Assembly (NCBI GenBank): GCA_963787125.1
Contig: CAWBBV010000007.1
Location: 64,001-128,000, forward strand
Source of the DNA: an uncultured delta proteobacterium
Lineage (GTDB): Bacteria > Desulfobacterota > Desulfuromonadia > Geobacterales > DSM-12255
Length of the DNA stretch: 64,000 nucleotides
Reading direction: 5' to 3'
The notes below the pieces were generated by a model that was given only the letters and a program-made list of their open reading frames with translations, ran no database searches and was not told the origin of the DNA. This document shows positions 9,448 through 17,673 of the stretch, one piece after another (position 1 is the stretch's first letter; the number at the start of each line of letters is the position of its first letter). The translations under genes were made by a program, and so were the position numbers.

Positions 9448-10579
9448 TGCAAAGCTCCTCATATACGTTCTGGGCGTCTATGAATGGTATATTGAGGATG
9501 CTTTGGACAAAACTTGCGGGTTTATGACCCGTGTTCAGGTAATTCCTGAGAATATCGAAGAATGGGCTTTTAAAGGTTTCTTTGGCGCAGGCAATATAGC
9601 GGGATGATGGCGGCTCTTTGGTAGCAAAGAGAATTTCGCTTACCGGCTTGAACATTTTATTGAAATTTATAGTCGCCTTATGGATTTCTTTGTCCGAGTC
9701 GAGATCGATCCTTTCCGTCCCCTTGAACTCGGCGTACTTGTTGATTTCGTAGTAAACCGTTAGCGGCGACACAACAAGCTTGGCGGCGGTCTCCTTGATG
9801 CGGTTGATCTGCTGGCCGATGTTGCTCGTGTTCCGTAACGCCTCGTACTCCCTGGCTGCCAGCTCCTGGGGAATCAGCAGCGCCCCGGCAAACGCCTCGG
9901 CAAAATCCTCCCCATCGTCGCCCTGCAGTTGCGGAGCGAGAACGTGGCCCAATTCATGGGACATCCAGAACTTGAAATCATGCAGACGGCAATCGAGGTT
10001 AAGGTAAATCCAGGTTGACAGCGACTCGGGCAAATGGATATGGAGGGCGTTTTCATGCTTGTCCTTGTGCGCCCAGAGCACCGGTACAAGAACAGCATGG
10101 AGTTTGCCAAAGAAATCGATCAATTTCTCAAAGTGGATTTCGCCACCTTCAAGCACACCGATCTCTTCCCGTACCCGCCGGGCGGCCTTGTGTACGTACT
10201 CGTAGTCGCTCACCGGTTTGCGGAGCGTTGCCGGCTGGACCTGGTCGTCGAAGGGAAGAAATGGAACAAGCGCTTCAAGAATGCGCCCCATATCCTTTGC
10301 CTGTTCCACATATTCCGGGGTTATCTTGTGCGCCCCCTTTTTGCGGAAAGCGACAACCGGCTCGTTCGGTTCCGGGAGCTTGATGACCAGATCCGAGAAA
10401 GACAAGGCGAGCAGACGCGCCAGCTTCAGGAGCTTGTCCGGGCGAGGGTACTTATCCTGTTTGAACCATTGAGAGACGGTTTCGCGGGAAACGTCCAGGG
10501 CTTTGGCAATGGAGGATTGGTTGAGGCCGAGAGCTTCAGCCTGCTGAGACAACTTTTCAATGTTGAGTGTGTTTGTCAT
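9434..10579 (-). CDS. XRE HTH + ImmA/IrrE (DUF955/COG2856) metallopeptidase
   Basis: LNQSSIAKALDVSRETVSQW HTH; FWMSHELGHVL (HExxH) and EDFAEAFAGALLIP motifs. Confidence 0.9.
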   Translation of the reverse strand: MTNTLNIEKLSQQAEALGLNQSSIAKALDVSRETVSQWFKQDKYPRPDKLLKLARLLALSFSDLVIKLPEPNEPVVAFRKKGAHKITPEYVEQAKDMGRILEALVPFLPFDDQVQPATLRKPVSDYEYVHKAARRVREEIGVLEGGEIHFEKLIDFFGKLHAVLVPVLWAHKDKHENALHIHLPESLSTWIYLNLDCRLHDFKFWMSHELGHVLAPQLQGDDGEDFAEAFAGALLIPQELAAREYEALRNTSNIGQQINRIKETAAKLVVSPLTVYYEINKYAEFKGTERIDLDSDKEIHKATINFNKMFKPVSEILFATKEPPSSRYIACAKETFKSPFFDILRNYLNTGHKPASFVQSILNIPFIDAQNVYEELCSGAK

Positions 10580-10627
10580 GGGTAACCTGTATACAACATT
10601 GTCAACTTTTGTCAACTACAGTATACG
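10580..10627 (-). promoter_or_regulatory. Sigma70-like promoter/operator of the ImmA-PIN pair
   Basis: Minus strand has tandem TTGACA-aaag-TTGACA, then TATACA, flanked by two GTATAC palindromes, just before ATG 10579 (possibly near-leaderless). Confidence 0.5.
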
Positions 10628-10639
10628 TTTTTTACGTTT

Positions 10640-11974
10640 TTAGTGCCGGACTTTTTTGGTCTTTGCTGGTGTGGTCTTGGCCCGCTCTGCCCGGATACGC
10701 TCCAGCAGCACCGCCGCCGGTTCATCGCTGGGGTCCTGGGGCACCAATTCGCCACGGAAGGCCTTGGCGAGGATGGATTGGGTCAGCTTGTCTACGTGGG
10801 TCTTGGCCGTCCGGTAGCGGGCTTCCAGCTGATCGGCCAGGGTGAAGAAGGATTCGACGCGACGGACGATTTCTTGTTGTTCCTCTGGAGAGACAATCGG
10901 GAATTCGAGCGATCCAACGACTTGCTGATTCAGATTCGTCATCGTACTGCCGACGGAACCCTCTTCAAGGAAGGCACAAGTATAGGGGCTTCGCAGCAGT
11001 AAGCAGAGAAAGTCGGGAACAACATTTTTGCTGGTTGCCCGTAGGATAAGCGACCCGGTCCCACACATAAGACCAGGAGCGCGAACCACTGCAGCTCGTC
11101 CCATTTCACCCCTTCGGCCGAGAACAATATCTCCCGGTCGCAGTACATATCGAGTAAGTTCCTTCATTTTGGTTTCAGAGACGCTTTGATCTGCATTGGG
11201 AAATATTTGACCTTCCCGAATATGCATGGGGTTGATTAAAGGGACTCCGTTCGATACGTAGTCATGCTTGTGAAGTGCACTGCCGAAAGGTCCTGTTTGA
11301 ACGGAAACATCTTGCTTTGAAAGCGTGGACCATTCCCATTCTTCAACCTTGTTTTCCTCCCTCCAATCCGCCGTCAGCCGCCCGGAGCAGGCAGCGGCCA
11401 GCACCGCCTGGCGGAAGCGCTTGAGGATGACCGGAATCTTCGCCAGCCGCTGCTGGCTGGTGTCCACCTTGGCGAGCACCTCTTCCAGTTTGGCGACGAT
11501 GCGGCGTTGTTCGTTGAGGGGGGGGAGCGGGATTGGATGCCTTCTAACAATTTCCTGACTGATGTTAGGTTGTGCACCCCCTTGTCCAAGCTCAATAAAT
11601 GTCTGTCTTTCGGAGAATAAATAGAAAAAAGCATATTTTTCTGCAACGAGATTTTCGTTCGGGATTAGATTGGCGCAGGCTTGATTTGTCGCAGCAGGGA
11701 AAGTCATGATGCCAAGCTTGCCAATCGTAGCACCGTAGAGCGCCATGGAGATTGTCCCGGCAGGCAGCATTTTTGCTGATGAACTTTTGAGGCCGCTTTC
11801 GGTGATTTCTTCGTCCGTCTTTAGAATCAGGCCATCGGGCAAATCACCACTTTTTACCCATGGGATGCCTTTCCCGAAATACTCGGGTTTGCTACGCGAG
11901 GGGGTTCCCCCGCTGCACCAACTTCCAATTTCAGCGAGTGCAGTATTAACCCACCCCTGCAGTAATTCACTCAT
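10640..11974 (-). CDS. hsdS: Type I restriction-modification specificity subunit
   Basis: Two target recognition domains (GGTPSR...; QTGPFGS...) each followed by a conserved region (PLPPLNEQRRIV; PEEQQEIVRRV...LAKAFRGEL). Confidence 0.96.
   Translation of the reverse strand: MSELLQGWVNTALAEIGSWCSGGTPSRSKPEYFGKGIPWVKSGDLPDGLILKTDEEITESGLKSSSAKMLPAGTISMALYGATIGKLGIMTFPAATNQACANLIPNENLVAEKYAFFYLFSERQTFIELGQGGAQPNISQEIVRRHPIPLPPLNEQRRIVAKLEEVLAKVDTSQQRLAKIPVILKRFRQAVLAAACSGRLTADWREENKVEEWEWSTLSKQDVSVQTGPFGSALHKHDYVSNGVPLINPMHIREGQIFPNADQSVSETKMKELTRYVLRPGDIVLGRRGEMGRAAVVRAPGLMCGTGSLILRATSKNVVPDFLCLLLRSPYTCAFLEEGSVGSTMTNLNQQVVGSLEFPIVSPEEQQEIVRRVESFFTLADQLEARYRTAKTHVDKLTQSILAKAFRGELVPQDPSDEPAAVLLERIRAERAKTTPAKTKKVRH
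10694..10882. repeat. Direct repeat copy B (3' conserved region of hsdS)
   Basis: Matches 8676-8864 at an offset of 2018 bp. Confidence 0.95.
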
Positions 11975-11987
11975 CTATCTTCACGCC

Positions 11988-12068
11988 TTTCTTTGCGCCC
12001 TTTGCGTCTTTGCGGTAAAAAGATTCTAAAGACTTCGAACCGCGAAGACGCAAAGATCGCCAAGGAAA
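11988..12068. repeat. REP-like intergenic inverted repeat built from CTTTGCG-type units
   Basis: CTTTGCGTCTTTGCGGT (12000-12016) / ACCGCGAAGACGCAAAG (12039-12055), one mismatch, with imperfect extensions. Confidence 0.75.
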
Positions 12069-12075
12069 CAAAAAT

Positions 12076-12378
12076 CTATTCTGATTCGCTCAGTTGGACC
12101 GAATCATCCAACAATTGCCTGCCATGCCGCACGGTCAGAATGTGAATGTCATCCGTCACCTTATAGATAACTCGATAGTTGCCATAAATCAGCTCACGAA
12201 TATCTGAGCGTTTCAGTTCCGGGACAACCCGGCAGCTCAGGGGTTGCTCCGGCAATCCACCCACCGTTTCGAACAGCTTTTTTACCCATTTTTCAGCGGC
12301 AGAAGGCTTGTCTCTGGCAATATAGCGGGCAATATCCCGCACGCGTTCCAGAGCCAAGGGCGACCAGACGACCTTCAT
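12076..12378 (-). CDS. RelE/ParE family toxin
   Basis: MKVVWSPLA...IARYIARDKPSAA...RELIYGNYRVIY...ILTVRHGRQ. Confidence 0.92.
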   Translation of the reverse strand: MKVVWSPLALERVRDIARYIARDKPSAAEKWVKKLFETVGGLPEQPLSCRVVPELKRSDIRELIYGNYRVIYKVTDDIHILTVRHGRQLLDDSVQLSESE

Positions 12379-12656
12379 TGCGCAATACCCGCGAGAATGT
12401 GCGTCAGAGCCTCATCATGGCTTAGTCCATTGCCTGACGCCAATTGACGTTCCGCCGCATGAACGTCCTGCAGCAATTCAAGCTGCTCCAATAGTTCCTC
12501 ATATTTCGCTACATCAAGCAGCACCGCAGCACTGCGGCCATGATTGGTGATGACAAGTGGCCGGTGAGTAGTCTGTACCTGTTTTATGAAACCGGTTACA
12601 TTGCCGCGAAACGTTGACAAGGGCTGAATATCGTTAACCAGCGAAAGTTGCGCCAT
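12375..12656 (-). CDS. Phd/YefM family antitoxin
   Basis: DIQPLSTFR...RPLVITNHGRSAAVLLDV..YE; ATGA overlap with the toxin gene. Confidence 0.92.
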   Translation of the reverse strand: MAQLSLVNDIQPLSTFRGNVTGFIKQVQTTHRPLVITNHGRSAAVLLDVAKYEELLEQLELLQDVHAAERQLASGNGLSHDEALTHILAGIAQ

Positions 12657-12721
12657 ATTCGTACCTCCTATATTTTGTACTTTATTATGTACATATTTTT
12701 ACCCAGTTGCAACTAACTTTC

Positions 12722-14176
12722 TCAAACCTCCGCCCCCTCTTCCCGCTCAATCAGCCGGATGATCTCCCGCAGATCATCCACCACCGCCTCCAGCTCGGTG
12801 ATCGCCTCGGCGGCCAGATCCTGGGGTTCGGGGAGTTCGTTGCCGTCCTCAAGCGATTCGTCCTTCAACCAGGTGATATCCAGCTTGTAGTCGCGCCCCT
12901 TGATATCGGCCAGGGTGAAGGGGCGGAAACGGCCCGTTTCGCCGCCATCAGTGCGGGGTGAGCGGCCATTGGGGTCTTTGCCGTAGGCAGCGTCAAACTC
13001 GGCAAAGTGCTGGGCTGAAAGGGGCCGGTCCTTCTTGGTGATGCCGGGAACGTTGGAACGGGCGTCGAAAATCCAGACGTCTTTAGTCGGCAGACCTTTC
13101 TGGAAGAAGATGACATTGGCCTTGACCCCCTGGCTGTAGGGGGTGAAGGTGCCGCGGGGGAGGCGCAGCACCGTGTGCAGGTTGCAGTCCTGCATGAGGA
13201 TTTCGAAGACTTCGCCGGCCTTCCCTTCGAAGAGGCAGTTGTCCGGCAGGACCATGGCGGCCCGGCCGCCGGGCTTCAGGGTGTTGACCACGTGCTGGAC
13301 AAAGTTGAGCTGTTTGTTGCTGGTCTCGATGGTGAAGTCTTCCCGGTCCGGCGCCTGATTGGCTCCCTTGGTGCCGAAGGGGGGATTGGTGAGAATGACG
13401 TCAAACTTGTCGGCACCGGGGGGCTCATAAATGGTGTCACCCAGCCGAATCTGCGGCTCCACGTTGTGCAAGTAGAGGTTCATCAGCGCCAGCCGCCGCG
13501 GCCGGGCCACCAGGTCCTGGCCGTAGTAAGTAGAGGTGCGAATCCGCTTGGCATCGGCCCGGTCAAAGGCCCCTTTGGTCTTCTCAAAGAGCCATTCATA
13601 AGCGCAGACCAGAAAACCGCCGGTACCGCAGGCCGGGTCGCAGATTTTAAAGTCGGCCTTGCCCCGCGGATCGGGCTGCATCACCCGGACGATGGACTGA
13701 ATGAGCACGCGAGGAGTGAAATACTGCCCCGCCCCTTTCTTCCCTTCACTGGCGGCCTTCTCCAGCAGCCCCTCGAAAGCGGCCCCCTTCACATCCACAT
13801 CCAGACCGGTCCACTCTTCATCATCAATCAGGCCGATGATCTTTTTCAGGCTGACCGGGCTATTGAACTGGTTCTTGGACTGGGCAAAGATATCCCCCAG
13901 CATCCCCTGCTGACTGCTCAGGGCACGGAGCACTTCGGAGAAATGGTACAGCACCGCCGTGCCGGACTTGTTCCGCAGAGCGGCCCAGCTGCAGTCAGTG
14001 ACGATCTTCTCGTGCTTCTCGTTGACCCAGGAGATGGCGTGCAGCTCAATCCCTTTTTCATCGGACATCTTGAGAAACAGCAGGTAGGTGAGCTGCTCAA
14101 TATAATCGCCATAATCGATGCCGTCATGGCGCATCTGGTGGCAGAAGCCCCAGAGTTTGTTGACAATGTCTGACAT
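12722..14176 (-). CDS. hsdM: Type I restriction-modification N6-adenine methyltransferase
   Basis: GQYFTPR, DPACGTGGFL, NPPF motifs; start placed at MSDIVNKLW (14176). Confidence 0.96.
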   Translation of the reverse strand: MSDIVNKLWGFCHQMRHDGIDYGDYIEQLTYLLFLKMSDEKGIELHAISWVNEKHEKIVTDCSWAALRNKSGTAVLYHFSEVLRALSSQQGMLGDIFAQSKNQFNSPVSLKKIIGLIDDEEWTGLDVDVKGAAFEGLLEKAASEGKKGAGQYFTPRVLIQSIVRVMQPDPRGKADFKICDPACGTGGFLVCAYEWLFEKTKGAFDRADAKRIRTSTYYGQDLVARPRRLALMNLYLHNVEPQIRLGDTIYEPPGADKFDVILTNPPFGTKGANQAPDREDFTIETSNKQLNFVQHVVNTLKPGGRAAMVLPDNCLFEGKAGEVFEILMQDCNLHTVLRLPRGTFTPYSQGVKANVIFFQKGLPTKDVWIFDARSNVPGITKKDRPLSAQHFAEFDAAYGKDPNGRSPRTDGGETGRFRPFTLADIKGRDYKLDITWLKDESLEDGNELPEPQDLAAEAITELEAVVDDLREIIRLIEREEGAEV

Positions 14177-14189
14177 TGGGTTTCCTGTG

Positions 14190-14609
14190 TTATGAGTTGA
14201 ATTGAGCCAGAAACTCTTCTGCGGTGCAGGTTGTGATTGTCGCCGCACGAAAATCCTTTCGATTACGGGTAACAATGACAGGCAGGCTATTTTCTAGAGC
14301 GGTATAGTACTGAATTGCATCCTCAAAATCGCTGAAATTAGAATCAAGTGCCTTGGCAATGACAGTGTCGTCAACAGGCAGTATAGGCACAAGCTTGCGC
14401 AGATTTTTTAATGCTTCAACCGCCTTATGTGAGCCTATGGATTTACGCAGTACGTAATGGAGGTTTGCATAGGTCAGCGAAGAGGCACAAGCCTCAACCT
14501 TTCCTTTGTCAATCGCGGAAAAAAGGGCAGCAGCTTGGAAGTAAAACGGTTCGCGTCGACAGAAAAGATCAAGAAAAATATTGGTGTCGATGAATATGCG
14601 CTGTTTCAT
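14190..14609 (-). CDS. PIN-domain (VapC-like) toxin
   Basis: IFIDTNIFLD...DFEDAIQYYTA...IVTRNRKDF. Confidence 0.92.
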   Translation of the reverse strand: MKQRIFIDTNIFLDLFCRREPFYFQAAALFSAIDKGKVEACASSLTYANLHYVLRKSIGSHKAVEALKNLRKLVPILPVDDTVIAKALDSNFSDFEDAIQYYTALENSLPVIVTRNRKDFRAATITTCTAEEFLAQFNS

Positions 14610-14851
14610 CGGTATTTTTTCTCAAGATAGTCAGTGTACTCTTCCCTGAAATTATCAGCAGCATCAGGAGGCAGGATACCGGAAAGACTTGCCACTATCG
14701 GCGTGATTTCTTCCGTTGAACTATCTTTGCGCACAACCAGTTTCAGATAGTTTTCCACCATATTGGAAAGGCTTCGATGCTGCTGGCGCGCATATTCCTT
14801 GGCCTGTTCGATCACATCGCTTTCAATGCTCAAGGTCAGTTTGGTCTGCAT
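14606..14851 (-). CDS. RHH-type antitoxin (DUF6364-like)
   Basis: TKLTLSIE..VIEQAKEYA....SLSNMVENYL; ATGA overlap with the PIN gene. Confidence 0.85.
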   Translation of the reverse strand: MQTKLTLSIESDVIEQAKEYARQQHRSLSNMVENYLKLVVRKDSSTEEITPIVASLSGILPPDAADNFREEYTDYLEKKYR

Positions 14852-14862
14852 GGCACACCTCC

Positions 14863-14898
14863 TACGTATAAAATATTACATGCTATACGTATTGTCAA
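14863..14898 (-). promoter_or_regulatory. Autoregulated TA promoter with palindromic operator
   Basis: TTGACA (14898-14893), 17 bp, TATTTT; operator arms TACGTATA 14863-14870 / TATACGTA 14884-14891; AGGAGG RBS. Confidence 0.7.
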
Positions 14899-14904
14899 CT
14901 TGCT

Positions 14905-17607
14905 TTACACCGCTACCGCCTCATTAAACCGCTTCACCAGCACTTCCAACTTACCGCTAAACTCCCGGTTCGCCCGCCCCCAACCCCCGGCATGGGAAAA
15001 GACAGGCATATCATCAAAATCATCCCGGCTAATGGAGAGGTTCTGCACCAGATGCACCCGCACCCGTTCCAGCCATTCCAGCTGCTGCGGGGTAAACGTC
15101 TGCCCGCCGGTGATCCGCATCATGGCCCGCTGTACCCGCTCCTGGGCGGTGAACAGCTCTTTCTCCGCCGCTGCCGCATGCTGCACCATGGAGATAATGT
15201 CGGCCATGGCCTTGTGATAGGTCAGCTCATGGGCCTTCTGCAGCCGCTCTTCGTTGAAGCGGAGTGACGCAGCTGCCAGCTTGCTGCGCAGTTCGGTCAG
15301 GGCGGCCACATTCCAGTCAGCCGGCCGATCGAGCAGGATCTGCACTGCCTCGATATCGCTTTTATGCTCCCGGATGTAGTTGGCAAAGGCCGTCAGATAG
15401 TCCGCCGGCTTGTATTCGTTCCCTTCGTTATCCCGAATCAGCCAGACGCTCTCCACCTGATCTTCCACCTCATACCCTTTGAGAAAAGTCCGCTCCGGGC
15501 GTTTGTAATTAACCAAAAGGTCCTGGAAACCGGGATTGCGCAGCAGTTCCATGGTGGCGGCGAAGCGGCTCTTGAGGTTCTGCGGCAGTTCGTCGGCATA
15601 GCGGGCCAGGTCGCCGCAAGCAATGAAGGCGCTGAAATCGGTACGGGATTCGCCGCTCATCTCCTTGTCGATCCGCTGCAGCCGCTTGACCAGACAGCGG
15701 CTGTTATACTCCCGATCCCTGTTCTGCCAGATATCCTCGATGATCTCGATGATTGTGCGGGTCTTGGGAGCCGGTTTCATGGCGGTAATAGCGGTGGCGC
15801 TGCGGAAGAACTCCAACAGGGTGCCATCGAAGCAGTCAAAGACGGTGAAGTGGGACTTGTCCGGGTATTTCTCCCCCTTGCGGGTGCCGCGGCCGAGCAT
15901 CTGCTCGAAGAGGATGCGGGACTTGACCTGGCGCAGGAAAACGATGAACTCCAGATCGGGGATATCGACGCCGGTGGTGAGCAGGTCAACAGTGACGGCA
16001 ATGGATGGCTGGGGGCGGTTGCGGAACTCACGAATCCGCTGCAGCGGCCGGTCCACCCGGCCGGTGATCTTGGCGGCAAAGGAATCACCCTTGCCGAAGA
16101 CCTCCCGCGCCAGCTCCACCAGCTGATCGGCATGGGAAGTATGGGGCAGGTCGTTGGCAGCAAAAATCAGCGTCTTCGGGAAACGGCCGTATTTTGCTTC
16201 GTGCTCGGCAGCGTACGTTTTAATTTCTTCCAGAATTTTCCGGTTGGAGCTGGGGACGGTCACCTTGCTTTCCAGTTCCGAAACCTCAAAGCCGCGGTCA
16301 TCTTCCAGATTGTCCAGCTGCTCGGCACCGCTGGCGGTATCCACCAGGCCGACGAGTTCCCCTTCTTTCAGGAAAGCCCCGTTCATCCTGACTTCCGAGC
16401 GGATCGCCACCACATCGTAGTCCACCAGATGCCCTTCACGGATGGCCCGCTCGTATTCGTAACGATAGACCACGTGCTTGAAGAAGGTGGTGGTATGGGC
16501 CGCCGGGGTGGCCGTCAGACCGATCTTGATGGCGTCAAAATGGTCCAGCGTCGCCCGCCAGGTGGCAACCTCCTGAGCGGTGTAGCCGCGGTGGCACTCA
16601 TCGGCAATGATCAGGTCAAAGGCGTGAATCGGGATGTCAAGCTGGCCGGCATCCTCTTCCTCATCCCCTTCGCCGTTGAAAGCGGCATTACGCCCGAAGA
16701 GGTTGATGGTCATCCGCTGAATGGTGCTGATGTAGAGAAAGGCGTCCCCCGGCTTGGGGGCGGTCAGATAGCTGTTGGGAAGCACCTTGGGATCAAACTT
16801 TTCACCCTCTTCGAAATCGCCGGTCTGGAAACGCTGGCTGTAGACTTCATAGATGGCATCGAACTTGTGCCCCGGTTCCGGCTCAAAGGCTGCAAAGGAG
16901 CGGACCGCCTGGGCTGCCAGGGCGCGTCGGTCCACGAGAAACAGCACCCGCAGCGCCACGCCGGACTTCATCAGCCGGTAGACCTGGTTCACCATGGTGA
17001 AGGTCTTGCCGGTACCGGTCGCCATGGCCACCAGCATGTGATGCTGCCGCTCACCGATAGCTTTTTCCACTGCGGTGTTGCACTCCCGCTGGTAGGGGCG
17101 CAGCCGCTGATGGTCGTTCGCCAGCTTCTGCAGGGCACTGCAGGCGGCATCCAGATCCCGGCCCAGCTTTTCCTGTAGGGCTGCGGGGGTGTGAAAGGCG
17201 CTAAGCTGCCGCGAGCGACTGTTTTCGTGGCGAATGTCGTGGTGCCAGATCAGTTCGCCGTTGGTGGAGTAGAGAAAAGGGACATGGTAGGGGCCAAAGG
17301 AAAGGTCACTGCCGCTAACGCCGCGTGAGTAGCGCTGGGCCTGGGTCAGGACGTTCTGCGGACCGAGGGATAGTTTCTTTGCCTCAACAATACCAAGGAT
17401 CGTGCCGTTAACGCAGAGGGCATAGTCAGCCGGGCCGTTATCAGTCGGGTATTCGACAATTGCACAGCCATCATAGGCAGTAAGCGGTTTGGAAGGTTTG
17501 TACGGACAGATCTTCCAGCCAGAGGAGGTAAGTTTCGGATCAACCAGCTTGCGGCGGGTAAGCCATTCCGAGTTGGCAGTGGAAGCGGCTGTTCTGGATG
17601 AAGGCAT
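14905..17607 (-). CDS. hsdR: Type I restriction endonuclease subunit R
   Basis: ADY...IVEAKK nuclease motif, MATGTGKT, DECH, GLTATP, LLTTGVDIP, QMLGRGTR helicase motifs. Confidence 0.96.
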   Translation of the reverse strand: MPSSRTAASTANSEWLTRRKLVDPKLTSSGWKICPYKPSKPLTAYDGCAIVEYPTDNGPADYALCVNGTILGIVEAKKLSLGPQNVLTQAQRYSRGVSGSDLSFGPYHVPFLYSTNGELIWHHDIRHENSRSRQLSAFHTPAALQEKLGRDLDAACSALQKLANDHQRLRPYQRECNTAVEKAIGERQHHMLVAMATGTGKTFTMVNQVYRLMKSGVALRVLFLVDRRALAAQAVRSFAAFEPEPGHKFDAIYEVYSQRFQTGDFEEGEKFDPKVLPNSYLTAPKPGDAFLYISTIQRMTINLFGRNAAFNGEGDEEEDAGQLDIPIHAFDLIIADECHRGYTAQEVATWRATLDHFDAIKIGLTATPAAHTTTFFKHVVYRYEYERAIREGHLVDYDVVAIRSEVRMNGAFLKEGELVGLVDTASGAEQLDNLEDDRGFEVSELESKVTVPSSNRKILEEIKTYAAEHEAKYGRFPKTLIFAANDLPHTSHADQLVELAREVFGKGDSFAAKITGRVDRPLQRIREFRNRPQPSIAVTVDLLTTGVDIPDLEFIVFLRQVKSRILFEQMLGRGTRKGEKYPDKSHFTVFDCFDGTLLEFFRSATAITAMKPAPKTRTIIEIIEDIWQNRDREYNSRCLVKRLQRIDKEMSGESRTDFSAFIACGDLARYADELPQNLKSRFAATMELLRNPGFQDLLVNYKRPERTFLKGYEVEDQVESVWLIRDNEGNEYKPADYLTAFANYIREHKSDIEAVQILLDRPADWNVAALTELRSKLAAASLRFNEERLQKAHELTYHKAMADIISMVQHAAAAEKELFTAQERVQRAMMRITGGQTFTPQQLEWLERVRVHLVQNLSISRDDFDDMPVFSHAGGWGRANREFSGKLEVLVKRFNEAVAV

Positions 17608-17673
17608 CTTACCCCCGGCTGCGCCGTTAATAAACTTTTACCTGCATTCAATTAGCATGCTTGGGGGGTTTAT

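Noticed and set aside
8676..11974. Classical invertible hsdS shufflon
   Set aside because: The repeats are direct, not inverted; there is no spare target recognition domain and no recombinase gene in the island.
13175..14173. 332-aa ORF antisense to hsdM (and similar antisense ORFs over fadD, gspE, metH)
   Set aside because: Shadow ORFs fully overlapping well-supported genes.
14177..14275. N-terminal extension of HsdM in the ORF track
   Set aside because: It overlaps the PIN gene; the family-like sequence begins at MSDIVNKLW (14176).
15364..17178. 604-aa plus-strand ORF antisense to hsdR
   Set aside because: No recognisable motifs; typical shadow ORF produced by GC-rich codon bias of the real gene on the opposite strand.
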